Positions 1-9,406 of a stretch of DNA of 64,000 nucleotides are shown one piece after another; position 1 is the first letter of the stretch, and each line of letters opens with the position of its first letter. Location: the NCBI GenBank assembly GCA_046483985.1, contig JAWOCD010000110.1, positions 22,638 through 86,637 of the forward strand. The letters run 5' to 3'. Made by a program: the position numbers and the translations under genes. This DNA is from Promethearchaeia archaeon (GTDB lineage: Archaea > Asgardarchaeota > Lokiarchaeia > Sigyniarchaeales > SOKP01). Below the pieces are notes generated by a model that had not been told where the DNA came from, did no database searches, and was given only the letters and a program-made list of their open reading frames with translations.

Positions 1-147
1 GGAGGAGCCTACACCTTCGGAGATACCATTCGAGAAGCAATTATTGATAAAAAATTAGTTGCCTCTCCAGAAAATGTAGTCATTCCGGATGATCCAGTCT
101 TAAGTAATGCAGTTGGGTTTGAATTGGTTGCAAATGCCAAATCTTAA
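1..147 (+). CDS. C-terminal fragment of an actin-fold (ParM/StbA-like) ATPase; 5' end lies outside the window
   Basis: Frame 1 is open from base 1 to TAA at 145-147 and translates GGAYTFGDTIREAIIDKK...DDPVLSNAVGFELVANAKS. The GGxxxF ... P-x-x-x-NA-x-GF ending resembles the C-terminal motifs of ParM/actin-like proteins. Only 48 aa are visible. Confidence 0.3.
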   Translation, partial: GGAYTFGDTIREAIIDKKLVASPENVVIPDDPVLSNAVGFELVANAKS

Positions 148-328
148 TTGTTTTTTCCTTCTTTTTTCTCTTTATTTTCTCAGACATTTTTGGGATGTGA
201 AATTTATTTTGGAATATTTAAAAAATCATCCGAAGAGAAAATAAAAAATAAATAACCTCAATTCTATTTGTTTATCAAGTATTACTTGTTATACTTTCTA
301 AGGAATTATCTAAAAAATAAGGTTATGT

Positions 329-1618
329 TTGAAAGTGGATGATAAAACTTCTAAAAGGGATATCGAAGAATTAGAAAATACGGTTAAAGGTATTTTGGGT
401 AAGGAGGGGAGTTCAAAAAAAGAAGGATCTTCAAAAAAAAATTCAGAAATTGGTTCGGAACTTTCAGAACTTGAGTCAATGGTAAAAGGGGCACTCACGG
501 AACTAACTGATTTGGAAAGTAATCTTATTAATGTAATTAGTCCTTCACCAGATATGAACAATAAAAAAGAAGGCAACTATCTAATGGCAGTGCGAAGATT
601 CCAAAATGCTATGAAAGCGGCGCTTATAGATGGCGCTAAGAAAAGGAATCTTGATACTTTTCAAGAAGGCTTTAATTTTTATGAAAACGCCCTCGAAATT
701 ATAGAATCCACTGGAAATAAAGCTGAACGAGATCAACTCAAATCGGAGTTTTCCAAACTTTTAATGAAGATTATCTCCGAAGATAAAAATAGACGGGATC
801 CGAAATTTATTCCCTTTCTTCAGAAATCGTGTATTAAACTAGCCGAGATTTATGAATCGTTTGGACAATATGATGCAGCCATAAAATTTCACGATAAAAA
901 TATTGAACTCTTTAAAAACAAGCCGTTGCAAGGAGACTTAGAACGGTTTCAAGTCATCGTGAACTATCTTCTCTTAAAAAAAAAGTCCACGGCCAAAGAC
1001 TATGTTACTCATCTCAAGTTCAAACCCATTAAAAAACTCACCGAACAACTACTAAATTCAATAAATACAGGTAATTTAACTAACCTTGAAGGTATAAAAA
1101 CTCGAATAGAAGTCTTGGGAACACAAAAAGGCTTGAAAACTCGAAGTGCATTAAATTTAATTGACCGCCTTTCAGAACAATATGAGACACCGAAACCAGA
1201 TGCAGCTGAACAAATTAAAGTTCCCGAAGGTGCACAAAACCTCTCAAACGAGAAAATTAATGCCATTAAAAATTCACTTTCTAAAGGAATAGAACAACTA
1301 AAGACGACTCATCCCGATCTTAAAATTTCCGCCAATATTGATACAGAATCCATCGTGAATGAATTGAAAACCGCGATATCCTCTGAAATTAGTAAAGAGA
1401 TTAAAACGCTGTCAAGCTCTATTGTCTCTCAAATTGTGAAAAAAATGCCTACCAGCTCATCCTCATCCTCAAGCTCAAGAGCTCCCGCATCCCGCTCTGC
1501 AGGTAATATCTCGGATGAGGCAGCTCCCGAGATTGATGTAGTTGAGGGGGGAGAGAAACAGAAACCTAAACGTCCAAAACTGGATGATATGCTTGATAAT
1601 GTAATCGTCTCAGAGTAA
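329..1618 (+). CDS. hypothetical protein, helical-repeat/coiled-coil with Ser-rich and basic C-terminal tail
   Basis: 429-aa ORF with a TTG start. It has TPR/MIT-like helices (AEIYESFGQYDAAIKFHDKNIELF) and a poly-Ser tract. No recognisable catalytic motif. Confidence 0.45.
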   Translation: MKVDDKTSKRDIEELENTVKGILGKEGSSKKEGSSKKNSEIGSELSELESMVKGALTELTDLESNLINVISPSPDMNNKKEGNYLMAVRRFQNAMKAALIDGAKKRNLDTFQEGFNFYENALEIIESTGNKAERDQLKSEFSKLLMKIISEDKNRRDPKFIPFLQKSCIKLAEIYESFGQYDAAIKFHDKNIELFKNKPLQGDLERFQVIVNYLLLKKKSTAKDYVTHLKFKPIKKLTEQLLNSINTGNLTNLEGIKTRIEVLGTQKGLKTRSALNLIDRLSEQYETPKPDAAEQIKVPEGAQNLSNEKINAIKNSLSKGIEQLKTTHPDLKISANIDTESIVNELKTAISSEISKEIKTLSSSIVSQIVKKMPTSSSSSSSSRAPASRSAGNISDEAAPEIDVVEGGEKQKPKRPKLDDMLDNVIVSE

Positions 1619-1625
1619 AGTCCGG

Positions 1626-2414
1626 CTAAGGCAGTTTTGCTAACTCGTTTTGAATCTTCTTATGGTAATCGAAATCCGCTTTTTCTTTGAATTTTAAATG
1701 AATTAAAAACTCACGGGTGCCCCCTTTTCCTTTTAATGGGGAAAGGATTAAACCGTGAGGGAAGAATCCATGATTACAGCACCATTCCATAAATTTTTCC
1801 AAAATTTTCTGTAGATCTTTAGATTTTTTGAGATTATTTTCATTTACAGAGAGATCCTCCGTGATTTCAAAAATCGGTTTGATAAGCCCAACGATTTCAC
1901 CTTCTTTCTTTGTAAAATTCTCCACGTTCGGTAAAATATTTCTTAGAGATGTCATGGTAATATCAATAGTACATAAATCCACATTTTGTTCTAAATCCTT
2001 TAATTCTCTGGCATCTATCCCTAACATGGGGATGACCTTTCCTTCCATTTTTTTACAGCGTAATGAGAGATGTAAAAGATTAGTAGAGGAATCAATAGCG
2101 TATACTTTTTCCGCCCCATGCTTAATCAAACAATCCGTAAATCCCCCGACAGATGCCCCAATATCCGCGCAAACTTTTCCATTTATATTGATTTTAAATG
2201 TGGCTAAAGCCTTTTCTAATTTTATTCCGCCTCTGCTCACATAGGGAAATTGTTTGGTCAATTCGATTTCTAACTCGTTGTCAATTTGTTTGCCCGGTTT
2301 AGCTATCTTTTCTCCATTTACTAGCACATATCCATTATTGATTAACCATTGAGCTTTTCGTCTGCTGTCCACTAATCTTCTTTCTACCAAAATTAAATCT
2401 AACGATTCTTTCAT
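1626..2414 (-). CDS. tlyA: TlyA-family rRNA 2'-O-methyltransferase (S4 domain + FtsJ-like methyltransferase)
   Basis: N-terminal S4-like LDLILVERRLVDSRRKAQWLI..G.V.VNG, then YVSRGGIKLEKAL and the SAM motif CADIGASVGGFTDCL. Confidence 0.85.
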   Translation of the reverse strand: MKESLDLILVERRLVDSRRKAQWLINNGYVLVNGEKIAKPGKQIDNELEIELTKQFPYVSRGGIKLEKALATFKININGKVCADIGASVGGFTDCLIKHGAEKVYAIDSSTNLLHLSLRCKKMEGKVIPMLGIDARELKDLEQNVDLCTIDITMTSLRNILPNVENFTKKEGEIVGLIKPIFEITEDLSVNENNLKKSKDLQKILEKFMEWCCNHGFFPHGLILSPLKGKGGTREFLIHLKFKEKADFDYHKKIQNELAKLP

Positions 2415-2450
2415 TTTTCTCCAAATTTTTAAGATTCTAAAGTTAAAAAA

Positions 2451-3533
2451 TTATTCTTCATTCATATACGAAATTCTGGTGGCAATTTGGGCTATAATGT
2501 ATTTCAATGAAATCCTATGCCCAAATCTCTTATATAAAAAGCGTAGCCCAATCGCCCATACTATAAATGTCCCTATAATAAAAAACCAAACATTTATTGG
2601 GTTAAGTTGATTTAAAAATAAGAAATACATAATATTATGGGAAAGGTAAACCGTTAAGGAGAAATATGAAAAGTAAAACAAAAATCGATAACTTTTCTTG
2701 GTATCAAAAAATCCTAGTTCCTCGAGTACTATTAAAGTTGTTATTAAAACGACCTCTATCCCTAATGCATATATATACCAAGAATTAGTTCTATTAATTA
2801 AGAAGTTGGGAAAATTGTAAATGACTCCGAGGAACACAAGAAACCCACCTCCTAAATATCCTGGGATTATTAATTCTTTTTTCAATCTCCGCCGATGTTC
2901 CTTTATCTCGTCAATATGATAGATATCAAATATAATATCACCAAGTATGGTTCCTACAATAAAAAATGGAAGATTTGGTAGAATAGGGTTCTGGTCCCGA
3001 GAAAAATAGAGAAAATAATAAATCATTTCTAAGAAAACGGAGTTTTCCTTCAAATTTAGAAGAACGGATAAGAGGATCAGATGACCAATAAAAATTATTA
3101 TAGCAACACAAATTCTTGAAACTCTGGATATCTTTAAGAGAGGCCAACTTAAGAATAAGCATACTGGAATTGTTATGAGAATAAACCATTTCCACGCGTA
3201 TAAAATATTACCTGTAAATATTGCTATAGATATATTATAGATTAATCCGATAATAAAAAGTAAAGATGCGCGAGTATAATATTCTCTTTTAATTATTGTA
3301 GGGTGATATCTTTCCTTCTTTTCCGCTTTGGAAATCCTTTTTCGGTATGATATCATGGTACTTACACCCGCAATAAAAAGAAACGCTGTGGCTCCGATGA
3401 CATCGAAAATATTCATTACAATCTGTTCAAACCATTGGTATTGTGCTTGTAGCCACCAATCAAGGATATGACCCGTGAACATCCAAAACATTGAAACTCC
3501 ACGGACCAAATCAATCCCTTTAACTCTTTTCAC
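2451..3533 (-). CDS. polytopic membrane protein, DUF1624 / heparan-alpha-glucosaminide N-acetyltransferase-like
   Basis: Starts KGIDLVRGVSMFWMFTGH, which is typical of the DUF1624/acyltransferase-3-like family. About 9-10 hydrophobic segments. Confidence 0.5.
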   Translation of the reverse strand: MKRVKGIDLVRGVSMFWMFTGHILDWWLQAQYQWFEQIVMNIFDVIGATAFLFIAGVSTMISYRKRISKAEKKERYHPTIIKREYYTRASLLFIIGLIYNISIAIFTGNILYAWKWFILITIPVCLFLSWPLLKISRVSRICVAIIIFIGHLILLSVLLNLKENSVFLEMIYYFLYFSRDQNPILPNLPFFIVGTILGDIIFDIYHIDEIKEHRRRLKKELIIPGYLGGGFLVFLGVIYNFPNFLINRTNSWYIYALGIEVVLITTLIVLEELGFFDTKKSYRFLFYFSYFSLTVYLSHNIMYFLFLNQLNPINVWFFIIGTFIVWAIGLRFLYKRFGHRISLKYIIAQIATRISYMNEE

Positions 3534-3564
3534 TTCTTATCCCAGAAATTACATTCTTTTGAAA

Positions 3565-4437
3565 TTATTTTTCAATAGATTGTCCAATATTAAAAAACTT
3601 ATGAATTTTTTGCTTTGCGTTATTAAGAGAAAGGTGATTGTGGAGTATGTCACTGCTTACCTCTCTGTAAAACTTAATGCTTTCTTTACCCAAGGCAATC
3701 TTTGTCTTTTTTCTTAAAGATCTCCCCTTTTTCAATTTCTTACTTTTTAATTTTGAACATATCTCATCATAGGTTGTTTTGGTTGTCTTTATTCCGTCTC
3801 TTAAGGCTAACAACAAGGCGGAAGCTTCATCCTTGGATATCCGGTTTGATTTATTATGGATCCTTATCTTTGATGACTTAGACTCGTCAATTAAAAAAAC
3901 ATCTAACTTACGCTTGAAATAGAAGGAATTAAATATGAAATCTACAAATTCATAACAAATCGGTAAAATACCTCTGCCAATTTTGAAACTTAAATGAATT
4001 AAATTATAATCTGAATTATCGAAACAATTTACGAATGTTTGAACATCTTTTTTTAGGCTTTTTTGGCGGTAATATGTTTTGGACCTAAGAAAATAGTCGT
4101 CTAAAAAGACAGTCATTCCTATTCTTTTTGTCCCGGGGTCTATAGAGAAAAGTAAGTTTGAATACTGCTCTTTATAACCGATCCTATGAGCCGCGAGAAC
4201 TTTAATTAAAAATATTTCAAAATCAGCGTCCTTTTCGAAAATAAGAAGGTTTAATTCATTTTTATCAGGAACTTCAATTTTATCCACTTCTTTTTTGGTG
4301 GTCAAAATAATGCCCGAGTCTTTTGGAACTTTTTTCCAATTATTCCAAATCTTGAATTTAACCTTTAGACGTGATAATCTTTTATTAATCTGATAAAAAA
4401 ATCGGCTGTTGTTGGTTAAGAGATATAAATTATGCAA
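3565..4437 (-). CDS. hypothetical protein with C-terminal RNase H-fold (YqgF/RuvX- or RuvC-like) nuclease domain
   Basis: FSIDPGTKRIGMTVF, LIDESKSSK and DEASALLLAL occur in the order and spacing of the YqgF motifs (GxDxGxxRxG, DERxST, D..AA.IL). Confidence 0.35.
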   Translation of the reverse strand: MHNLYLLTNNSRFFYQINKRLSRLKVKFKIWNNWKKVPKDSGIILTTKKEVDKIEVPDKNELNLLIFEKDADFEIFLIKVLAAHRIGYKEQYSNLLFSIDPGTKRIGMTVFLDDYFLRSKTYYRQKSLKKDVQTFVNCFDNSDYNLIHLSFKIGRGILPICYEFVDFIFNSFYFKRKLDVFLIDESKSSKIRIHNKSNRISKDEASALLLALRDGIKTTKTTYDEICSKLKSKKLKKGRSLRKKTKIALGKESIKFYREVSSDILHNHLSLNNAKQKIHKFFNIGQSIEK

Positions 4438-4567
4438 AGAAATTTGAATTCTCCATTTTTTGAATCAATTATAAAATCTTTAATTTAACCTTAAATGGGA
4501 TAATTTTTTTATGCAATCTGATTTATAAAATTAATAATAAAATTAATAATTTGTATTTATAAAAAAT

Positions 4568-5278
4568 ATGCTTCTTCCAGTCCCTCAATTAGATTCGTAC
4601 TTCAAACCAATTAAAAGAGACAAAGGCTTATATTCAGTCTGGGGACAATTTGGAGTAGGAAAAACATATTTTGCTTTACAAACCGCTCTAAGTTATGCTA
4701 AGAAGGGGGAGCATGTGCTTTATATTTATACTAAACCAAAATTGCCTTCTCATCAGCTTCAATCTTTATTAACTAGTCAAAAAAACGAAAATCAAGAAAA
4801 TTGCCTTAATTATCAGACATTTTTACGGGTATATGATTTTGATGAACTTTTTTCCCTCTTATTTCAACTGGAGTTCCTATTTTTGAAGCAAAAAAAGGGA
4901 ACTGGACCCACTCCCTCCCTTCTTATAGTAGATAATATCATTAATTTGTATCAACTGGAACTCAATCCTCAAAAAAAGGAAATTAATGTGGACTTAAACT
5001 ATTCGTTAAATCAAATGCTTGGACTCCTTACATACCTGATAGAAGAATACGATATTGACATCTTGCTGATAAATAATATGTCTTATGCAGATAAAGGAGA
5101 AGGCACAATTGAACATCCGGCTGGAGGAAATGTAATCGACTACTGGGTTCCATACTCTATCAAAATCCAACGTACCTCTAAAATAAACCAGAGAAAATTT
5201 GTAATAAAGACTCCAGAAGATTCCGATTTAACTGACGGAGAATTTCAATTTAAGCTGACTGATGAGGGGTTTCAATAA
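4568..5278 (+). CDS. RecA-superfamily ATPase, RadB/KaiC-like paralog
   Basis: Walker A GQFGVGKTYFALQ and Walker B LLIVDNIINLY. The size (236 aa) fits RadB-type proteins that lack the HhH N-domain. Confidence 0.5.
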   Translation: MLLPVPQLDSYFKPIKRDKGLYSVWGQFGVGKTYFALQTALSYAKKGEHVLYIYTKPKLPSHQLQSLLTSQKNENQENCLNYQTFLRVYDFDELFSLLFQLEFLFLKQKKGTGPTPSLLIVDNIINLYQLELNPQKKEINVDLNYSLNQMLGLLTYLIEEYDIDILLINNMSYADKGEGTIEHPAGGNVIDYWVPYSIKIQRTSKINQRKFVIKTPEDSDLTDGEFQFKLTDEGFQ

Positions 5279-5301
5279 TCGCCCGACAACTCATAACCAT
5301 T

Positions 5302-5381
5302 GGGGTAGATAAATTAAAGGTGCTATAAATTAGAAAAACTGGAATGATAAAAGATAAAAAAACTTATGCAAAAGACTATAA
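5302..5381 (-). repeat. partial copy (about 80 nt) of the MITE-like repeat also found at 36265-36407
   Basis: The reverse complement (tatagtcttttgcataagttttttt..attccagtttttctaatttatag..atctaccc) matches 36265-36340 with only a handful of mismatches and one T indel. Confidence 0.6.
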
Positions 5382-5475
5382 AACTTTTAATAAATAATTT
5401 AATTAAAAAATTATTTTCACACATAATCTGTATTTTTCTGATATGATTTAAATTACCTTGGAATGATTTTCTAGT

Positions 5476-6996
5476 ATGACAGAAGAAACTCCAGAAGTAA
5501 TCGAAGAAATTAAAGAACACGCCGTTTCGAAACCTGTTCCCTTTAAGGAAAAACTAGCGTATTCCTTTGGTCAAATGCCTGGAACTTTTTATGGAGGAGT
5601 TATGGGCGTCATTCAATCTTTTTACTATGGATGGATGGGTCTTCAAAACATTTGGATAATTATTGCACAAATCATTTATGCGATTTGGAATGTGGCAAAT
5701 GACCCTCTCTTTGGCCAGTTAATCAATAATACAAGAGTCTATAACAAACGGAGGGGAGAATACCAGCGATATATCCCATATATTAAATATGGAGCTCCTT
5801 TGTTCAGTTTGGCGTTTGCAATAGTTTTCTTTCCGCCCGCTGCATGGAGAGGGAGCGAAGAATTAACGGTTCAAGTGTGGCTATTTGTTTGGTATTTAGT
5901 CAGTCAGCTTGCATATGATACGATGTTTACACTGGTTTTATGTGCCCATGTTGCATTATTACCGCAGATGACATTGGAAAAGAAAGAACGGGAACAAATT
6001 CAAATATTATGTTCCATTTTCAGCCTTCCGGCAATTCTTCTGGGATTTCTCTTGCCAGTGATTTTTCTTGCCAATCCCACCGCGCAATCGGTGAGAAATT
6101 TCCAAATTTTAGTTATCGTAATAGCCATTTTTGGAGTTGTTCCTTATTGGATTTTATCTTACGTTGTCCATGAACACTCTGAACATATTCCAGAAGAAAA
6201 GAGGCCTTTAATAGAAAGTATGAAACTAGCCTTTAAAAATAAATCCTATCTCATCTATCTTATCTATGATGCAGTTTCTGTATTTTTGCTCAACTTACTT
6301 ATTGCGACTCTTCCGTTTTATTTAACTTGGGTGCTAGGAGAATTGGGGACTGACATGTTATTGTTTTGGATTGGTCCAATAATTTGTCTCTTTTTATCAA
6401 TATATATTGAACTGAAACTTGCAGAAAAGTTTTCCACTAAGGCGGCCCTTAGCTATTATTTAGGAGTGACAGCGTTTGGATTTTTATTCACGTTCTTTGT
6501 TTTTTTCACATATAATTGGGTATTGATTTCGGTTGGCTTTTCCATTGTAATGCTTGCCTTTTCAGGTGATTTCATCTTCCATAACCCCATGCGGGCTGAT
6601 ACGATTGATTACGATTTCTGGAAAATCTCGGGCGAACGACGAGAAGGTTTATATGCGGGTATAGGTCCCCTCCTCAGTAAGCCAATGATAAGCGTAGCTC
6701 TGGCCACACCTACTACTTTGATGACTTTATTTGGTTTGAAAAACGTAGAAGGAACATTAACACCAACGCAAGGAATCGAAAATGCAATGTTGAGTTTAAA
6801 TATTGCAATGGGACTCATCCCCGGATTAGTAGCATTAATTGGTTTTATTATTTGGGTTAAATTTTATCCGCTCACAGGAGAAGTTGTTGAAGAAATGAAA
6901 AATGAACTACGCACGATTCACGAAGAGAAGCGGAGGAATTACTTGGAAGAATTAAAGGAGTCAAGAGAATCTGAAGAATCAAAACCTTCGAATTAA
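5476..6996 (+). CDS. GPH/MFS-type cation symporter (glycoside-pentoside-hexuronide family-like)
   Basis: 506 aa with about 12 TM segments. N-terminal KLAYSFGQMPG and NDPLFGQLI motifs are typical of the MelB/GPH family. Confidence 0.55.
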   Translation: MTEETPEVIEEIKEHAVSKPVPFKEKLAYSFGQMPGTFYGGVMGVIQSFYYGWMGLQNIWIIIAQIIYAIWNVANDPLFGQLINNTRVYNKRRGEYQRYIPYIKYGAPLFSLAFAIVFFPPAAWRGSEELTVQVWLFVWYLVSQLAYDTMFTLVLCAHVALLPQMTLEKKEREQIQILCSIFSLPAILLGFLLPVIFLANPTAQSVRNFQILVIVIAIFGVVPYWILSYVVHEHSEHIPEEKRPLIESMKLAFKNKSYLIYLIYDAVSVFLLNLLIATLPFYLTWVLGELGTDMLLFWIGPIICLFLSIYIELKLAEKFSTKAALSYYLGVTAFGFLFTFFVFFTYNWVLISVGFSIVMLAFSGDFIFHNPMRADTIDYDFWKISGERREGLYAGIGPLLSKPMISVALATPTTLMTLFGLKNVEGTLTPTQGIENAMLSLNIAMGLIPGLVALIGFIIWVKFYPLTGEVVEEMKNELRTIHEEKRRNYLEELKESRESEESKPSN

Positions 6997-7139
6997 TAAC
7001 TAAATCCGATCTTTTCTTTTCTCCCCCATCTTTTTTATAATTTCCGTATTCTTAATTCATCATCATATAATTTTTATGTAGGAAGATTTCTTATTCTAAA
7101 ATAGAATCTAAATTAAAAATATAGAAAGGAAATAAAAAA

Positions 7140-8120
7140 ATGCCAAAAATTAAACTCTCTCGATGGCTAGAAAAGAATGTCCCTCATCATTTCCCTCATA
7201 GAGGAGAGTTAATTGAAATTATTGATATTATTGCTGAGGCTACAGTTCCAATCCGTGGATTACTAGAGCGTGGTATAGCCTCACGAGAATTACAATCACG
7301 AATGAATTTAGAAGAACCCGAAGAAGGAAAAAAGAACATATACCAAGAGGAGCAAATTCATGAAGATATGCTTACTCATTCCATAATCTTAAAAGCCTTA
7401 AAAGACGGGAATATTGATTTCTCATTCGTAGCTTCGGAAGAGTCCAAACCCCTTCTCGGAAATGGACATTTTGGTATTACCACCGATCCCGTAGATGGAT
7501 CCTCAAATGTTGCTGTAAATCGAACTGTTGGAACGATCGTTGGCATTTATAATGAAGAAGGAGAGATTATCTGTAGCTTTTATGCGTTGTATGGGATTTT
7601 TACAAACTTAATCATTGCTCTAAATGGAAAAGTGGCAGAATTCATTCTGGACACCGTTCCGTATTCGATGACCTTTTACCATTATGTCTTTAAAGACGAA
7701 ATAGTTATGCCAAATAAGGATTCGGGGGGTATACGATGCCTCGGAGGAGATCCTGCTGAGTGGCCGGAAAAATGCAAAGAATATAAAAAACTATTAATTG
7801 AAAAAAGCTTTAAAGACAGATATAGCGGTAGCTTCGTGGGAGACTTTCACGCAATCACATATTATGGAGGAGTTTATTCCTATTTTCCTTCGCCGAAGGG
7901 AAAAATCCGGCTCTACTATGAATGGCTTCCGTTAGCGTTTATTGCCCGAACCTTGGGGGGAGACTTTCTTATCATCGAGGAGGAGCAAGCCGATGTGGAT
8001 TTTCGCCCTATGGAGTCAATGACACCATTGACAAAGCATAACATTAAGGAAATCCATTCTAATACTTGCGGGGGGTTAATTGGAAGCAAACAAGCAGTAG
8101 ATTTTTTTAAAACCCTTTAA
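7140..8120 (+). CDS. fbp: fructose-1,6-bisphosphatase, class I
   Basis: Metal-site motif TTDPVDGSSNV..N..VGTIVGIY and C-terminal KIRLYYEWLPLAFIARTLGG match the class I FBPase signatures. Confidence 0.75.
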   Translation: MPKIKLSRWLEKNVPHHFPHRGELIEIIDIIAEATVPIRGLLERGIASRELQSRMNLEEPEEGKKNIYQEEQIHEDMLTHSIILKALKDGNIDFSFVASEESKPLLGNGHFGITTDPVDGSSNVAVNRTVGTIVGIYNEEGEIICSFYALYGIFTNLIIALNGKVAEFILDTVPYSMTFYHYVFKDEIVMPNKDSGGIRCLGGDPAEWPEKCKEYKKLLIEKSFKDRYSGSFVGDFHAITYYGGVYSYFPSPKGKIRLYYEWLPLAFIARTLGGDFLIIEEEQADVDFRPMESMTPLTKHNIKEIHSNTCGGLIGSKQAVDFFKTL

Positions 8121-8151
8121 CTTTCCCTAATTTATTTTATTAGATCGTTAA

Positions 8152-9393
8152 ATGATTATTATGGAGAAAAAAAATCTTATTACAAAACAGGAGGGATTAG
8201 TCCAGTTTTATTTATTTAAAGGGGATCAGCGTTCAATACCCTCAAAATCCATGAATGTGTTTTATAATAAAAAGATGCGCATCAACCGAGATATGACCAG
8301 TTTGGCAATTAATGCTTATAATCAATTTATAAACCCCAATGGGTTAAGAGTTATTGACGCCATGGCGGCGTCTGGTGTGGGAGCAATTAGAATGCTAAAA
8401 GAATCCCAGAATATTGAAAAGATATATATTAACGATATTAATCCAACGGCTGTAGAACTAATTCGAAAAAATCTGAAATTAAATTCCCTTTCAGAAAAAG
8501 ATTCAAATATTGAGGTATCCCGAAAAGATGCCAACTTTCTCTTTAATGAACTTTCTCAGCGATATCTCATTCAAGAAAAACCCAACATCTGGAAGCCAAA
8601 TGTTATTTCGATTGATCCGTTCGGGACGCCCAATTTATATTTGGATGCTGCAGTAAAACTTATTCAAAAACAAGATGGTTTATTCTGTATTACTGCCACA
8701 GATACTGCTGTTCTCTTTGGAGTTCGCTCTAAAGCATGTCAGCGAAAGTATATGGCTAAACCCCTTCACAATGATTTTTGTAAAGAAATCGGTGCCCGAA
8801 TTTTGTTTTATTTTCTCTCTCGTTTGGCAAACTTTAACGGAATCGGGATAAAGCCCTTGCTTGTCTTTTATCATGCTCATTTTGTCCGAATTTTTGGACT
8901 TACGTATAAAAATAAAAATAAAATTGCTGAAAATTCTAAATTGTTTGGATATCTTATCCATTGTCGTAATTGCGATTACCGTGTTCCCATGGATTGCGAT
9001 ATTTTAGACATTCCTTCCCGATGTCCTAATTGTGGTAAAGCTGAAACCTTAGACTATGCGGGACCGTTATGGATTGGGAAATTGCATGATAAAAAATTCG
9101 TCAAGATTCTATTAAAATCAAACAGATCGGTGACCTTCATTCAAAAGGATAAGCTGGATAAATTGTTATCGATTATAGCAGAGGAAACAAATATGCCAAT
9201 TTCCTATTATGATATTCATAAATTGAGCAAAAAATTACACTTAACCCATGTGCCGAAAATGGAAGATTTACTCCGTTTTATCAGAGAGCAAGGGTTTTCA
9301 GCTTCCCGTACCCATTTTGAGTATACAGCAATTAAAACTGATATGGATATCTCCCAGCTGAAAGAAATTTTATTAGAAATGGAAAACTCATGA
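8152..9393 (+). CDS. trm1: tRNA (guanine26-N2)-dimethyltransferase Trm1
   Basis: FYNKKMRINRDMTSLAI, VIDAMAASGVGAIRM and ISIDPFGTPNLYLDAAV, plus a Cys4 cluster (CRNC...CPNC) as in archaeal Trm1. Confidence 0.85.
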   Translation: MIIMEKKNLITKQEGLVQFYLFKGDQRSIPSKSMNVFYNKKMRINRDMTSLAINAYNQFINPNGLRVIDAMAASGVGAIRMLKESQNIEKIYINDINPTAVELIRKNLKLNSLSEKDSNIEVSRKDANFLFNELSQRYLIQEKPNIWKPNVISIDPFGTPNLYLDAAVKLIQKQDGLFCITATDTAVLFGVRSKACQRKYMAKPLHNDFCKEIGARILFYFLSRLANFNGIGIKPLLVFYHAHFVRIFGLTYKNKNKIAENSKLFGYLIHCRNCDYRVPMDCDILDIPSRCPNCGKAETLDYAGPLWIGKLHDKKFVKILLKSNRSVTFIQKDKLDKLLSIIAEETNMPISYYDIHKLSKKLHLTHVPKMEDLLRFIREQGFSASRTHFEYTAIKTDMDISQLKEILLEMENS

Positions 9394-9406
9394 GAATAAA
9401 GAGCTA

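Noticed and set aside
1828-2244. Long antisense or alternate-frame ORFs inside well-supported genes (for example 1828-2244, 15952-16350, 16877-17423, 22576-22845, 24835-25143, 25279-25617, 25775-26152, 31144-31488, 39976-40350, 59601-60122, 61510-62343)
   Set aside because: Each is fully contained in a gene with strong motif support on the other strand or frame, and none shows a recognisable motif.
5323-5520. 65-aa minus-strand ORF between the RadB-like gene and the transporter
   Set aside because: It is made largely of the MITE-like repeat and AT-rich promoter DNA, and it overlaps the transporter start. It is not credible as a gene.
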